From the NCBI GenBank assembly GCA_050953065.1, contig JBMNLZ010000002.1, forward strand, positions 416,001 to 480,000: a stretch of DNA of 64,000 nucleotides, read 5' to 3'. Below, one piece after another: positions 1 through 10,634 of this stretch. Position numbers and translations under genes: made by a program. The stretch comes from Bacilli bacterium (GTDB lineage: Bacteria; Bacillota_I; Bacilli_A; ML615J-28; CAG-698). Below the pieces are notes generated by a model that saw only the letters and a program-made list of their open reading frames with translations, was not told the DNA's origin and did no database searches. Position 1 is the stretch's first letter; each line of letters opens with the position of its first letter.

Positions 1-280
1 ACCTCTTGGCATGAAAGCTTTAAAATTAAGAGCTAATATTGAAGATTCTTTGAAAGAAGAAAAATCTTTAAAAGATAGAAAAGAATATATTGAAAATATT
101 ATTAAAGATTTTGATCGATTTGAGGATGTTAGAATCTATAAGAGAAGTCTTCAAGATAGAGCTAAGATGAATGAGTTATTAAAAGAAAACAAAGAAAAAA
201 TTAGAACTATTGTTGAACAAAGAAAGAGTAAAGAAAAATACTTAAGCTGGTATAAGGATGAAAATAAAAAGTACTTATGA
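1..280 (+). CDS. 3' part of a charged coiled-coil protein (starts upstream of the window)
   Basis: Frame is open from the window edge; K/E-rich; stop overlaps the next ATG (ATGA at 277-280). Confidence 0.6.
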   Translation, partial: PLGMKALKLRANIEDSLKEEKSLKDRKEYIENIIKDFDRFEDVRIYKRSLQDRAKMNELLKENKEKIRTIVEQRKSKEKYLSWYKDENKKYL

Positions 281-942
281 TAATTAGAATTACTAAAAGC
301 ATAAGTAGTATTCTTCCTGATTTTGATGTTATCGCCTTTAAGATGGCTATTAAGGTTAATGATAGTAGCCATCTTGAGGCTTTAATTACTTATTATGAAG
401 ATTTAATTAAAAATTCTTATAATCTAGAAGAAGTCCTACAAATTAAAGAAATTAAAGCAGCAAGAGATTCTTATAAAGCTTTAGGAAAAGATCCAAGTAG
501 ATATCGTCTTGCTTGTGAGTCTTTACTTAGAAGGCTTGTTAAAAATAATAAATTATATAGAATTTCAGATGTTGTTGATTTGGGAAATCTTTTGTCGATT
601 GAATTAAAAAGATCAACAGCTTTACTCGACTTTGATAAAATTAAAGGAGATGTTTATATTAGAAAAGGCCTTGAAGAAGATATTTATGAAGGAATAGGAA
701 GAGGTATTATAAATGTAAGTAATATTCCTTTATACTGTGATGATGTTGGCCCTTTTGGTTCTCCTACTAGTGATACGCTAAGGACGGCGATTACTAGTAA
801 AACAAATAAGTTATTATTAATGATAATTTGTTTTGATAAATGCGATAAAGAAAGTATTGCATTAAAAACAATAGAAATGTTTAAAAAAAATATAGAAGTT
901 TCAGATATAGAAACAGTAAAGGTAATTAAGGAAGACATATGA
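277..942 (+). CDS. Free-standing B3/B4 (PheRS beta editing-like) domain protein
   Basis: Motifs YKALGKDPSRYRLACESLLRR, VVDLGNLLS, YEGIGRG, GPFGSPTSD. Confidence 0.85.
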   Translation: MIIRITKSISSILPDFDVIAFKMAIKVNDSSHLEALITYYEDLIKNSYNLEEVLQIKEIKAARDSYKALGKDPSRYRLACESLLRRLVKNNKLYRISDVVDLGNLLSIELKRSTALLDFDKIKGDVYIRKGLEEDIYEGIGRGIINVSNIPLYCDDVGPFGSPTSDTLRTAITSKTNKLLLMIICFDKCDKESIALKTIEMFKKNIEVSDIETVKVIKEDI

Positions 943-2579
943 AAATAGAAATGAACAACTTTATAAAGACAATTATGGAAAATGACTTAAAAGAAGGAAG
1001 GGTTAAAGAAATCATTACGCGTTTTCCACCTGAACCAAATGCATATTTGCATATTGGTCATGCTAGAGCAATGGTAACAAACTTTGTTTTAGCAGATTAT
1101 TTTAATGGGAAAACTAATTTAAGATTTGATGATACTAATCCTGCTAAAGAAGATGCTACTTTTGTAGAGGCAATTATTAAAGACCTTGAATGGTTAGGTT
1201 TTAAACCTGACAATATTTTTTATGGGTCTGATTATTTTGAAAAAACTTTTGAAATGGCAATTCGCTTAATCAAAAAATCTTTAGCATATGTTTGTGATTT
1301 AAGTGCTGAAGAGATTTCAAAATATAGAGGTACTTTAAGTACGCCTGGGGTTAATTCACCTTATAGAGATAGAAGCGTTGAAGAAAATTTAGAGTTGTTT
1401 ATGAATATGCGAAAAGGACTATATAAACCAGGTGAAAGAGTCTTAAGAGCAAAAATTGATATGGCAAGTTCTAACATTAATATGAGAGATCCAGTTTTTT
1501 ATAGAATTTTAGATATTCCACATCATAGAACTGGAGATGAATGGGTAATTTATCCAATGTATGATTTTGCACATCCATTACAAGATGCTTTTGAAGGAAT
1601 TACACATTCCTTATGTAGTTTAGAATATGATAATCACCGCCCGCTTTATGATTGGGTAATTGAACACTGTGAACCAGAGCATACTCCAAAACAAATTGAA
1701 TTTGGAAGATTAAGTATTACAAATACGATTATGAGTAAAAGATACTTAAAGCAATTGGTTGAAAGTAATTTAGTAACTGGATATGATGATCCTAGAATGC
1801 CAACTTTAGTAGGCTTAAGAAGAAGAGGTTATACAAAAGATGCGATTATTAATTTCATCGTTGAAACTGGACTTTCAAGAACAAACGCTGTAGTTGAGCG
1901 TGATATGTTAGATCATTTTTTAAGAGAAGACTTAAAATTAAAAACAAATCGTTTAATGGGAATAAAAGAACCATTAAAAGTTACTATTACTAATTATGAA
2001 GAAGGTAGAGTAGAATATTTAGAAATTGCTAATAATGCTGAAGCACCAGACTTAGGAAATAGAAAAATAGCTTTTTCTAAACATTTGTATATTGAAAAAG
2101 AAGATTTTCAAATTAATAAACCTAATAAACATTTTAAACGTCTTGCTTTAAACTTAGAGGTTAGATTATATGGTGCTTATTTCATTAAATGTAATGATGT
2201 TGTTTATAATGATAAAGGTGAAATAATAGAACTTCTTTGTACATATGATCCTCTAACAAAATCAGGTAGTGGATTTGATGCAAGAAAACCAAATGGAACA
2301 ATTCATTTTTGTGAGGCTACAACTGCCAAGAAAGCAACATTTAATGAATTTACTTGTTTGTTAAATGAAGTTTCAGAAGATGAAGAAGCTTTAGATATTA
2401 TTGCAAGATTTAAAAAAGATTCTTGGAAAGTTTATCATGGTTTTATTGAAAATAAAAATTATGAAATTGAAGAAAAATTTCAACTTATAAGAGATGGTTA
2501 TTATGCAGTTGATAAAACAACAACAACAGATAATTTAGTTATAAACAATATAGTATCATTAAAATCATCTTTTAAATAA
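939..2579 (+). CDS. glnS: Glutamine--tRNA ligase
   Basis: TRFPPEPNAYLHIGHA (HIGH), RFDDTNP, YPMYDFAH, MSKR, DDPRMPT. Confidence 0.95.
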   Translation: MKIEMNNFIKTIMENDLKEGRVKEIITRFPPEPNAYLHIGHARAMVTNFVLADYFNGKTNLRFDDTNPAKEDATFVEAIIKDLEWLGFKPDNIFYGSDYFEKTFEMAIRLIKKSLAYVCDLSAEEISKYRGTLSTPGVNSPYRDRSVEENLELFMNMRKGLYKPGERVLRAKIDMASSNINMRDPVFYRILDIPHHRTGDEWVIYPMYDFAHPLQDAFEGITHSLCSLEYDNHRPLYDWVIEHCEPEHTPKQIEFGRLSITNTIMSKRYLKQLVESNLVTGYDDPRMPTLVGLRRRGYTKDAIINFIVETGLSRTNAVVERDMLDHFLREDLKLKTNRLMGIKEPLKVTITNYEEGRVEYLEIANNAEAPDLGNRKIAFSKHLYIEKEDFQINKPNKHFKRLALNLEVRLYGAYFIKCNDVVYNDKGEIIELLCTYDPLTKSGSGFDARKPNGTIHFCEATTAKKATFNEFTCLLNEVSEDEEALDIIARFKKDSWKVYHGFIENKNYEIEEKFQLIRDGYYAVDKTTTTDNLVINNIVSLKSSFK

Positions 2580-2602
2580 AATGTAAGGGAAGTAGAAAAT
2601 AC

Positions 2603-4702
2603 GTGTTAGATATATTAAACGAAGAACAAAAAAAAGCAACACTTGAAACAGAAGGAGCCGTAATTGTTTTTGCTGGAGCTGGAAGTGGTAAAACTAGAAC
2701 ACTAACTAATAGAATAGCCTATATGTTAGTTGAGAAGAAAATTGCTCCAGAAAACATTTTAGCGATTACTTTCACTAATAAAGCAACAAAAGAAATGTTA
2801 GAACGCTTAAATGATTTAGCACCAAATGAAGCATTTCGTTTGACTATCTCAACAATTCATTCTTTGTGTGCTAGAATCTTAAGACGAGAAATTCATCATT
2901 TAGGTTACCAAAAAAATTTTCAAATTATAGATGAAGATGAACAACAAAAAATTATTAAAGATATTTTAGATAATGCTAATTTAGATAAAAAACAAAATAA
3001 TCCAAGAGCTTTTCAAAAACGTCTTAATTTTGCAAAATGTACATTATCTAAAATGGTTAATCCAAAAGAAGAAAGTCTAAGATTGGATTATGAAGAAGAA
3101 TTAAAGTTAAATAATTTACTTGATTTTGAAGATTTACTTTTAAAGGTAAAAGAATTATTTGAAACAAAAAAGGAAGTATTAGAGAAATATCAAGATATAT
3201 ATCACTATATCTTAGTTGATGAGTTTCAAGATACTTCAATTGTTCAATACCAAATTATAAAACTACTTGCATCTAAAAGAGGCAATCTGTTTGTAGTAGG
3301 AGATGATGACCAAAGCATTTATAGTTTTAGAGGAGCTCATTATACTAATGTGAAGCTATTAAAAAAAGATTTTAAAGATGTTAAAACTTTTAAATTAGAA
3401 GAAAATTATCGCTCTACTCAAACTATATTAGATGGCTGTAATAGATTAATTTCTCATAATCTTGATAGAGAAAGGAAAGAATTGTTTTCTAAAATAAAAG
3501 GTTCTGACCAAGATGTTGTAGTTTATCAAGCAAATGATGAAAAAGATGAAGCAACATATATTGCTAATGAAATTAGTAGTTTACTTAAAAAAGATGTTAA
3601 TGCTAAAGAAATAGCAATACTTTATAGAAATAGTGTTTTATTAAGAAATATAGAAATAGCATTAACTGCTGAGAATATTTCTTATAAAGTATATGGTGGT
3701 TTTTCTTATTTAAGAAGAAAAGAAATTAAAGATGTAATGGCATTTTTTAGATTGATTGTTAATCATGAAGACTTATATAGTTTTAAAAGAGTGATTAATG
3801 AACCTTCAAGAAAAATAGGCAAAGCAACTCTTCATCATATTGATGTCTTTTTTGAGAAATCTGGGAAGTGTTTATTTGATACAATTAGAGATTTAAAAGA
3901 TGTTATTACTGGGAAAAAGTATGATGATATTATTAGTTTCATTGAAATGATTGAAGATTTTTCTAATAGATTAGAAGAAACACCATTAGTTGATTTATAT
4001 GATGAAATTTTATTTAAAACTGGCTATTTAGAAATGATTCAAAATGAAGAAGATAGTCAAGACAAAGAAGAAAATATTATGGAGTTTAAGAGCCTTTTAG
4101 TTGCAATTGATGATAATGGAGAAATAGATACTAAAGCTAATAAACTTCAAGAGGCTTTTGATGAGGCAATTTTAGCTGATGATAAATTAAGAAGTCAAAA
4201 TGAAACCTATGATGGAGTGACTTGTTCTACAATTCATTCTATTAAAGGATTAGAATTTGAATATGTCTTTTTAATTGGTTTAGAGGAAGGAATTTTCCCT
4301 AATACTTATAGAATGGAAGATTCTAATGAACTTGAAGAAGAAAGACGTATTGCATACGTTGCTTGTACAAGAGCTAAGAAAAAGTTATATTTAATGACTG
4401 CAAGAAGAAGAATGATTTACGGATCATATGTTAATAGTAAGCAGTCTCGGTTCTTACTTGAGTTTGCTCAAGGAAGAATAACAGAATCTCAAAAGAAAAA
4501 AGAAGTTGTTAAAAAAGAAAAATCTGATAATTCAAGTTATGAGGTAGGAGAAAAAATAGTTCATAAATTTTTTGGAGAAGGGATTATTGTTTCTAAAAAA
4601 GATAATATTGGAACTATTTGTTTTACAAAAAGAAAAGAAATTAAGCAATTTGATTTAACACATCCAACAATCTCTAGACCAGAAGATGTAGAAAAAGAAT
4701 AA
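2603..4702 (+). CDS. pcrA: ATP-dependent DNA helicase PcrA/UvrD
   Basis: GTG start; AGAGSGKT, ITFTNKA, LVDEFQDT, GDDDQSIYSFRGA, EEERRIAYVACTRA; C-terminal HKFFGEG. Confidence 0.93.
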   Translation: MLDILNEEQKKATLETEGAVIVFAGAGSGKTRTLTNRIAYMLVEKKIAPENILAITFTNKATKEMLERLNDLAPNEAFRLTISTIHSLCARILRREIHHLGYQKNFQIIDEDEQQKIIKDILDNANLDKKQNNPRAFQKRLNFAKCTLSKMVNPKEESLRLDYEEELKLNNLLDFEDLLLKVKELFETKKEVLEKYQDIYHYILVDEFQDTSIVQYQIIKLLASKRGNLFVVGDDDQSIYSFRGAHYTNVKLLKKDFKDVKTFKLEENYRSTQTILDGCNRLISHNLDRERKELFSKIKGSDQDVVVYQANDEKDEATYIANEISSLLKKDVNAKEIAILYRNSVLLRNIEIALTAENISYKVYGGFSYLRRKEIKDVMAFFRLIVNHEDLYSFKRVINEPSRKIGKATLHHIDVFFEKSGKCLFDTIRDLKDVITGKKYDDIISFIEMIEDFSNRLEETPLVDLYDEILFKTGYLEMIQNEEDSQDKEENIMEFKSLLVAIDDNGEIDTKANKLQEAFDEAILADDKLRSQNETYDGVTCSTIHSIKGLEFEYVFLIGLEEGIFPNTYRMEDSNELEEERRIAYVACTRAKKKLYLMTARRRMIYGSYVNSKQSRFLLEFAQGRITESQKKKEVVKKEKSDNSSYEVGEKIVHKFFGEGIIVSKKDNIGTICFTKRKEIKQFDLTHPTISRPEDVEKE

Positions 4703-4790
4703 ATTATATCTTAAAAATTAAGAGGTATTTTTTTAAAAAAACATAGGATATGGTATAATATAGTTAAGAAATTAAATAAGAGGTATGGAT

Positions 4791-7700
4791 ATGAAAAAAA
4801 TATTTTTAGTCATAACTTTATTTATATTGATGTTATTAGTAGGCTGTAGTGAGTTATTTAAAGATGTAGAAATTACAATTACAGTAGATAGCTATTCTAT
4901 TGAAGTAGATGAAGGTGATTTTGTTTTTATTACTCCTACGGTTACGGGGTCTAATAATGGTCTTTATTATGATTCTTCTAATACAAACATCTTCACAGTT
5001 TCAAATGGAGTTATTAGTGGAGTTAGTGAAGGAGTTGCAGAACTAACAATTGGAGTTATAAATACTGAGGTTGCTATAAAGGTAATTGTTAAAGTAAATA
5101 AAGTTGTAGTTGCAGATACTCCTGGTGATGAAACAGAAGAAAAACCTCCAATCATTATTGATGATAAACCAGAAAATCCAAGCAATAAAGTTTTTTTAAT
5201 TTCAAATGGTAATCAAAATTTAGTTGTAGGAGAAGAAGTTAACTTACTAGCATTGCTAGGTGGAGTTATTATTAACGAAAATATTTCTTGGATGTCTAGT
5301 AATGAAGGTGTTGTAACAGTTTCATCAGCTGGACTGTTGACTACTAAAGCTGCTGGTAATGCGATGATACTAGCTTTATACGGAAATCTTTCAGCAACAA
5401 TTAATGTTACAGTTAGAGTTCCTGATGTAGTAGTAGTTAAACCAACCTCAATCATAATTAATGGAAGTAGTTTTGTTAATGTTGACAATCAAGTCTTATT
5501 AACTGTAACTCCAAATCAAGGAGCAGTATCAAGTCTTATTTGGACAAGTAGTGATGATTCAAAAGCAACAGTTAATAATTTTGGAATTGTAACGGGAATT
5601 TCAACTGGTGTTGTAGTAATTACTGCAACTCTAGCAGATAATCTTTCCGTTTCAAATACATTTACATTATTTGTAAAAGAAGCTGAAACTTCAGCCAGTC
5701 CAATTACATCAATTACACTTACTGGGACTAGTGAAGTGTTAGCTGGTAATAAAATTAAATTAAATTTAAGTTATACTCCTGCTAATGAACCAGCAACATT
5801 TACTTTCTCTTCAAGCAATACTAGTGTTGCAACGGTGGATGTTAATGGTTGGGTAACGGGTGTTAGTGGAGGAAAAGTTCAAATTACAGCATCACTTGTT
5901 GGAGATTCTGAAAAGAAGGCAAGTTTTTCTGTGACTGTAATTCCACTTCCAGAAGGAATTACTGTTAATGGAGCATCAACAGTTAGTTATGGACAAAATA
6001 TAATTTTAACTGCAACAGCTTATCCAGTTGGTTCAAGTAGTATAGTAACTTGGACATCTAGTGATGCAAGTATTGCCTCAATTGATAGTAATGGTAGAGT
6101 GACTGGAATGAAAGTAGGTACTACGACAATTACAGCAACTTCAATTGTAAGTGCAAGCATTAAAGCAACTCATCAGGTGACAGTAACTGATCAAATGAGT
6201 ATTACACTTAATCCAACAACTATAAATTTAACAACAGGTGGTTCTGCAACAATTGCAGCAACAGTAGTTGCAGCATCTTTAACTGATAAGTCAGTAGCAT
6301 GGACATCTAGTAATGCAAGTGTTGCAACAGTAGATAGTAATGGAAAAGTAACAGCAGTAGCTCAAGGTAGTGCAAACATTATTGCAAAGCTTAATGCAAA
6401 TAATAGTATTCAAGCTCAAGCAAGTGTGATAGTTACTGCTCCTAGTTTACCAACTATTACTCTATCTGATACAACTGCATCTTTACTAGTTGGCGCAACA
6501 AAGACTTTAACTGCAACAGTTGGAAATGCAAGTGATACTAGTGTTACTTGGACAACAAGTAATGCAACAGTTGCAACAGTTTCTGGTGGCGTTGTAACCG
6601 CAAAAGTAGCAGGAAGCGTAACTATTACAGCAACTTCAGTTGCTAATACATCAGTAAAAGCAACATGTACTATAACAGTAACTGCACCTCCAGCAACTGG
6701 TGGTACTCTTACAATTACACAAACACCAGCAGGAACAATTGAAGTTGGTGCAACAGGTTATGAATTATTTATTAAAGATGAAGAAGGAGCTGCGGTTTCT
6801 CGTCTTGAATGTACATTTACATCAAGTAATAGTGGAGTTGCAACAGTTTCTACTTGGGGAACAATTTCAGCTTTAGCAGCTGGGTCTGCTAAAATTACTG
6901 TGACTCATCAAACAAAGGGTACTGGAACTATTACTTTAACAATCGGTAGTGGTTCAACTCCACCAACTGGAACTCTTACAATCACACAAAGCCCAGCTGG
7001 AACAATTTCAGTTGGAGCAACAGGATATGAATTATTTATTAAAGATTCAAGTGGTGCAAGTATTTCTCGTCTTGAATGTACATTTACACCAAGTGATTCT
7101 ACAATTGCAACAGTTTCTTCATATGGAACAATTTCGGCACTAAAGGCTGGAACAACAACAATTACAGTAACTCACCCAACAAAGGGAACTGGCACAATTA
7201 CAGTAACGATTGGTTCAGGTGGAAATCCTGTTAATACAGCAACTGATGATACAGGTAAAGCAACGTATACAAGAGATACATCTATATCTTCAACATCAAC
7301 AGTTCCAGGATCAACTGCAACAACCTATATTAAAGAATATGGAACAGTTGGAACTAAAACAATTAGAGTTTCTTTATTAGAACAAAAATGTAATAGTAAT
7401 GCTAAGATAGTTTCTTGGGTAATGCAAAATTCTAATGGCTATCGATTTACTAATGGTTCAGTTAGTTCTATAGCAGCTAATTATGAATCAACACATCCAG
7501 GTTGGAGAGTGTTAGGTGGAATCAATGCTGACCAATATACTTTAGGATTTGGAACAGGACTAGGAGTTGATGGGAAACATCCATATCATGTTCAACCATA
7601 TTATCCATTAATTGCTGATGGACAAAAATGGTTTAGTAGGACATGGATGGCATCAGGAAGTGGTTCAGCAGGTAATTTTGTTGGTTATACTAATGATGGT

Positions 7701-8525
7701 AGTGTTGACCAATTAGTAAGTGTTAATGCTGCAAATGCAGGAACAACTTTAAAATTATCTATCCTAAATTCAAATGGTACTGTTGCTAATAAGTATACTG
7801 TTAATAAATTCAATAGCTCTCCTGCAAGTGGAGAAGTAGCACTTTATACAGGATATTATAGTGATACATCTTTAGGAACATTCCTATCAAAATCAGTTTC
7901 AGGAACTAATGTTTTTGTTGTAGGTTCAGCTGATTTAGCATATTGTAATAATACAAGTGCTTATACTAAAGTTGCTGCTACTCAAAATGCTTTTTATGGA
8001 AAAGGAAACATTACCTCTAAAACAACTAGTGCAACACTAGCAAGTAGACAATTTGCAATTGTTTCTAACAACTCAACTGTAACAAGTGCCTTAGCTGTTG
8101 GAAAGAAGATTTTAGTTCAATATGAATATAATGATGCTACATATAATGCTTTTGAATCTGGAATGGGATATCATACAGTCCAACGAAATGGTGGGGCAGA
8201 TCAAGCAGTCTCTGGAACATATAATACTAATAATAGACCAAGAAGCGTTGTTGGAAGAAAGGCTGATGGAACTATTGTTTTAATGATTATAGATGATTAT
8301 AATGATAGTTATGGAACAACAGGTTATGGAATCAATGCTATTTGTAAGCTTCACGGAATAGTAGAAGCTTATCAAATGGATGGTGGAGGTTCAGCTCAAA
8401 TGGCTGTTAGACAATCTAATGGAACATTTGCTGGTGTCACTCGTTCGGCAGATGAAGCAACTGGAGCTAATACTGGTTCTCAAAGAGCAATTATGAGTGC
8501 ACTATTATTTGTTGTAAAAGTGTAA
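4791..8525 (+). CDS. Large lipoprotein with multiple Big_2 Ig-like repeats and a C-terminal phosphodiester glycosidase (NAGPA-like) domain
   Basis: Lipobox LLVGC; repeated WTSS..VATV..G.VT motifs; C-terminal GGINAD, RPRSVVG, AYQMDGGGS; start 4791 chosen on RBS spacing (4785 also possible). Confidence 0.85.
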   Translation: MKKIFLVITLFILMLLVGCSELFKDVEITITVDSYSIEVDEGDFVFITPTVTGSNNGLYYDSSNTNIFTVSNGVISGVSEGVAELTIGVINTEVAIKVIVKVNKVVVADTPGDETEEKPPIIIDDKPENPSNKVFLISNGNQNLVVGEEVNLLALLGGVIINENISWMSSNEGVVTVSSAGLLTTKAAGNAMILALYGNLSATINVTVRVPDVVVVKPTSIIINGSSFVNVDNQVLLTVTPNQGAVSSLIWTSSDDSKATVNNFGIVTGISTGVVVITATLADNLSVSNTFTLFVKEAETSASPITSITLTGTSEVLAGNKIKLNLSYTPANEPATFTFSSSNTSVATVDVNGWVTGVSGGKVQITASLVGDSEKKASFSVTVIPLPEGITVNGASTVSYGQNIILTATAYPVGSSSIVTWTSSDASIASIDSNGRVTGMKVGTTTITATSIVSASIKATHQVTVTDQMSITLNPTTINLTTGGSATIAATVVAASLTDKSVAWTSSNASVATVDSNGKVTAVAQGSANIIAKLNANNSIQAQASVIVTAPSLPTITLSDTTASLLVGATKTLTATVGNASDTSVTWTTSNATVATVSGGVVTAKVAGSVTITATSVANTSVKATCTITVTAPPATGGTLTITQTPAGTIEVGATGYELFIKDEEGAAVSRLECTFTSSNSGVATVSTWGTISALAAGSAKITVTHQTKGTGTITLTIGSGSTPPTGTLTITQSPAGTISVGATGYELFIKDSSGASISRLECTFTPSDSTIATVSSYGTISALKAGTTTITVTHPTKGTGTITVTIGSGGNPVNTATDDTGKATYTRDTSISSTSTVPGSTATTYIKEYGTVGTKTIRVSLLEQKCNSNAKIVSWVMQNSNGYRFTNGSVSSIAANYESTHPGWRVLGGINADQYTLGFGTGLGVDGKHPYHVQPYYPLIADGQKWFSRTWMASGSGSAGNFVGYTNDGSVDQLVSVNAANAGTTLKLSILNSNGTVANKYTVNKFNSSPASGEVALYTGYYSDTSLGTFLSKSVSGTNVFVVGSADLAYCNNTSAYTKVAATQNAFYGKGNITSKTTSATLASRQFAIVSNNSTVTSALAVGKKILVQYEYNDATYNAFESGMGYHTVQRNGGADQAVSGTYNTNNRPRSVVGRKADGTIVLMIIDDYNDSYGTTGYGINAICKLHGIVEAYQMDGGGSAQMAVRQSNGTFAGVTRSADEATGANTGSQRAIMSALLFVVKV
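6702..7220 (+). repeat. Intragenic tandem duplication, about 267-nt period (89-aa Ig-like module twice)
   Basis: GTLTITQ.PAGTI.VGATGYELFIKD..SRLECTFT...KGTGTIT.TIGSG occurs twice, starting near 6702 and 6969. Confidence 0.85.
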
Positions 8526-8544
8526 AAGATTAAAGAAAAATATT

Positions 8545-8569
8545 AAAGGCGCTTTACAGTGCCTTTTTT
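8545..8569 (+). terminator. Intrinsic terminator
   Basis: AAAGGCGCT-TTAC-AGTGCCTTT followed by a T tract. Confidence 0.75.
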
Positions 8570-8650
8570 ATTTTCTTTTAAGTAAATCTCTTTATAAGAT
8601 TTATAATTTATGTTATAATAATTAATAGTTAAAAATAAAAGGGGTAAAAT

Positions 8651-10624
8651 ATGGATGCATTAAGTAGGATTAAAGAATTAACTAGTTTAATCAATCAATA
8701 TAATAAAGAATACTATGAACTTGATTCTCCAACTATTAGTGATGTTGAATATGATAGTCTTTTAAGAGAGTTAGAAAGACTAGAAAATGAATATCCTGAA
8801 TTCATTCAAAATAATTCACCTGTAAAAAGAGTAGGGAGTCTAGATAGTACTAAATTAAATAAAATAATTCATACTGAAGCAATGCTTTCCCTAGCAAATG
8901 CTTTTAACGAAGAAGAATTAAGAGCATTTTCTGATAGAATTATTAAAGATGGATATAATCCTACTTTTGTTTGTGAGTTAAAAATAGATGGAATTGCTTC
9001 AACTGTTAAATACGAACAAGGCGCTTTAGTTTTAGGAGCGACCAGAGGAGATGGAACAGTTGGTGAAAACATTACTGAAAATATGAAAACTATTAAGTCT
9101 TTACCGCTTAAGTTAAAAGATAAACTTGATATTGAGGTAAGAGGCGAAGTTTATATGAGGTTGGATGTTTTTAATGACTTAAACCAAAAAAAAGAAAAAG
9201 AAAGCGAGAGTTTATTTAAAAATCCAAGAAATGCGGCTGGGGGCTCTTTAAGACAATTAAATAGTGAAATAACTAAAGAAAGAAATTTAGATATTTTTAA
9301 TTATACTATTGTTAATCCTTCAAAATATAATTTAAAAACTCAAATAGAAGTTTTAGAGTTTCTTTTAAAACAAGGGTTTAAAGTAGAAACACATTTTAAG
9401 TGTTGTAAAAATATTGATGAAGTGCTTGAATATATTGAACATCTTGACAAGCTAAGAAAAACTTTAAATTATGATACTGATGGAGTTGTTATTAAAGTTA
9501 ATGAACTGGAATTATACGAACAAATAGGTTATACAGTAAAAACTCCTAAATGGGCAATAGCTTATAAGTTTCCTGCTTTAGAAGTTGAAACTAGATTAAA
9601 AGGAATTGAGTTTACAGTTGGGCGCACTGGAACAATTAATCCAACTGCTTTATTAGACCCTGTTATGATATCTGGATCTTTAGTTCAAAGAGCAACCCTA
9701 AATAATGAAGATTATATTAAAGAAAAAGATATAAGAATTAATGATTATGTTTTAGTTAGAAAAGCAGGCGAAATCATCCCAGAAATTGTTAGAGTTAATT
9801 TTAAAAGGCGTCCTGAGGATACGATTGCTTTTGAAATGATTAATGCTTGTCCTGTTTGTAATTCTAAGGTAGTTAGAAAAGAAGGCCAAGCAGATTATTA
9901 TTGTACTAATGATTTATGTGAGGGAAAACTTTTAGCCTCAATTATCTATTTTGCTTCTAAGCCAGCTATGAATATTGAAGGTTTAGGTGAAAAGGTAGTA
10001 ACTCTACTTTATAATGAAGGCTTTATTAAAAGTTTTAAAGATATTTATTTTTTAAAGGATAAAAAAGATGTTTTAGTTAAGTTAGAATCAAAGGGAGAAA
10101 AAAGTGTTACAAATCTACTTAATGCGATTGAAGAAAGTAAAAAATCTAGCCTAGATAAAGTAATTACAGCTTTAGGAATTAGATTTGTTGGAAGTAAGAT
10201 TGCTAAAACCCTAGCAAAAACTTTTAAAAGCCTAGAGGCTTTAGAACAAGCTAAATTAGAAGACTTGCTAGAAATCCCAGAAATTGGAGATGCTATTGCA
10301 AGTAGTGTTGTTGAATATTTTGAAAAAGAAAAAAGAATTATTAAAGATTTAATAGAAGTTGGAATTAATCCTACCTTTGAAGAAGTAGGTAGTGAGAAAG
10401 TTAATTTTCTTAATCTAAATGTAGTTTTAACTGGAAGGCTAGAAAAATATACTAGAGATGAAGCCAAAGCAATTATTGAAGCACAAGGTGGTAATATTTT
10501 AAGTAGTGTTACTAAAAATACTGATTTAGTTATTGCAGGAAGTGATGCTGGTAGTAAGTTAGAAAAAGCAGTTAAACTAAATATAAAAATAATTAATGAG
10601 GATGATTTTATTAAATTAGTTTAA
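8651..10624 (+). CDS. ligA: NAD-dependent DNA ligase
   Basis: [34 protein letters not shown], Zn finger CPVC, C-terminal BRCT domain. Confidence 0.96.
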   Translation: MDALSRIKELTSLINQYNKEYYELDSPTISDVEYDSLLRELERLENEYPEFIQNNSPVKRVGSLDSTKLNKIIHTEAMLSLANAFNEEELRAFSDRIIKDGYNPTFVCELKIDGIASTVKYEQGALVLGATRGDGTVGENITENMKTIKSLPLKLKDKLDIEVRGEVYMRLDVFNDLNQKKEKESESLFKNPRNAAGGSLRQLNSEITKERNLDIFNYTIVNPSKYNLKTQIEVLEFLLKQGFKVETHFKCCKNIDEVLEYIEHLDKLRKTLNYDTDGVVIKVNELELYEQIGYTVKTPKWAIAYKFPALEVETRLKGIEFTVGRTGTINPTALLDPVMISGSLVQRATLNNEDYIKEKDIRINDYVLVRKAGEIIPEIVRVNFKRRPEDTIAFEMINACPVCNSKVVRKEGQADYYCTNDLCEGKLLASIIYFASKPAMNIEGLGEKVVTLLYNEGFIKSFKDIYFLKDKKDVLVKLESKGEKSVTNLLNAIEESKKSSLDKVITALGIRFVGSKIAKTLAKTFKSLEALEQAKLEDLLEIPEIGDAIASSVVEYFEKEKRIIKDLIEVGINPTFEEVGSEKVNFLNLNVVLTGRLEKYTRDEAKAIIEAQGGNILSSVTKNTDLVIAGSDAGSKLEKAVKLNIKIINEDDFIKLV

Positions 10625-10634
10625 GAGGAAAAAT

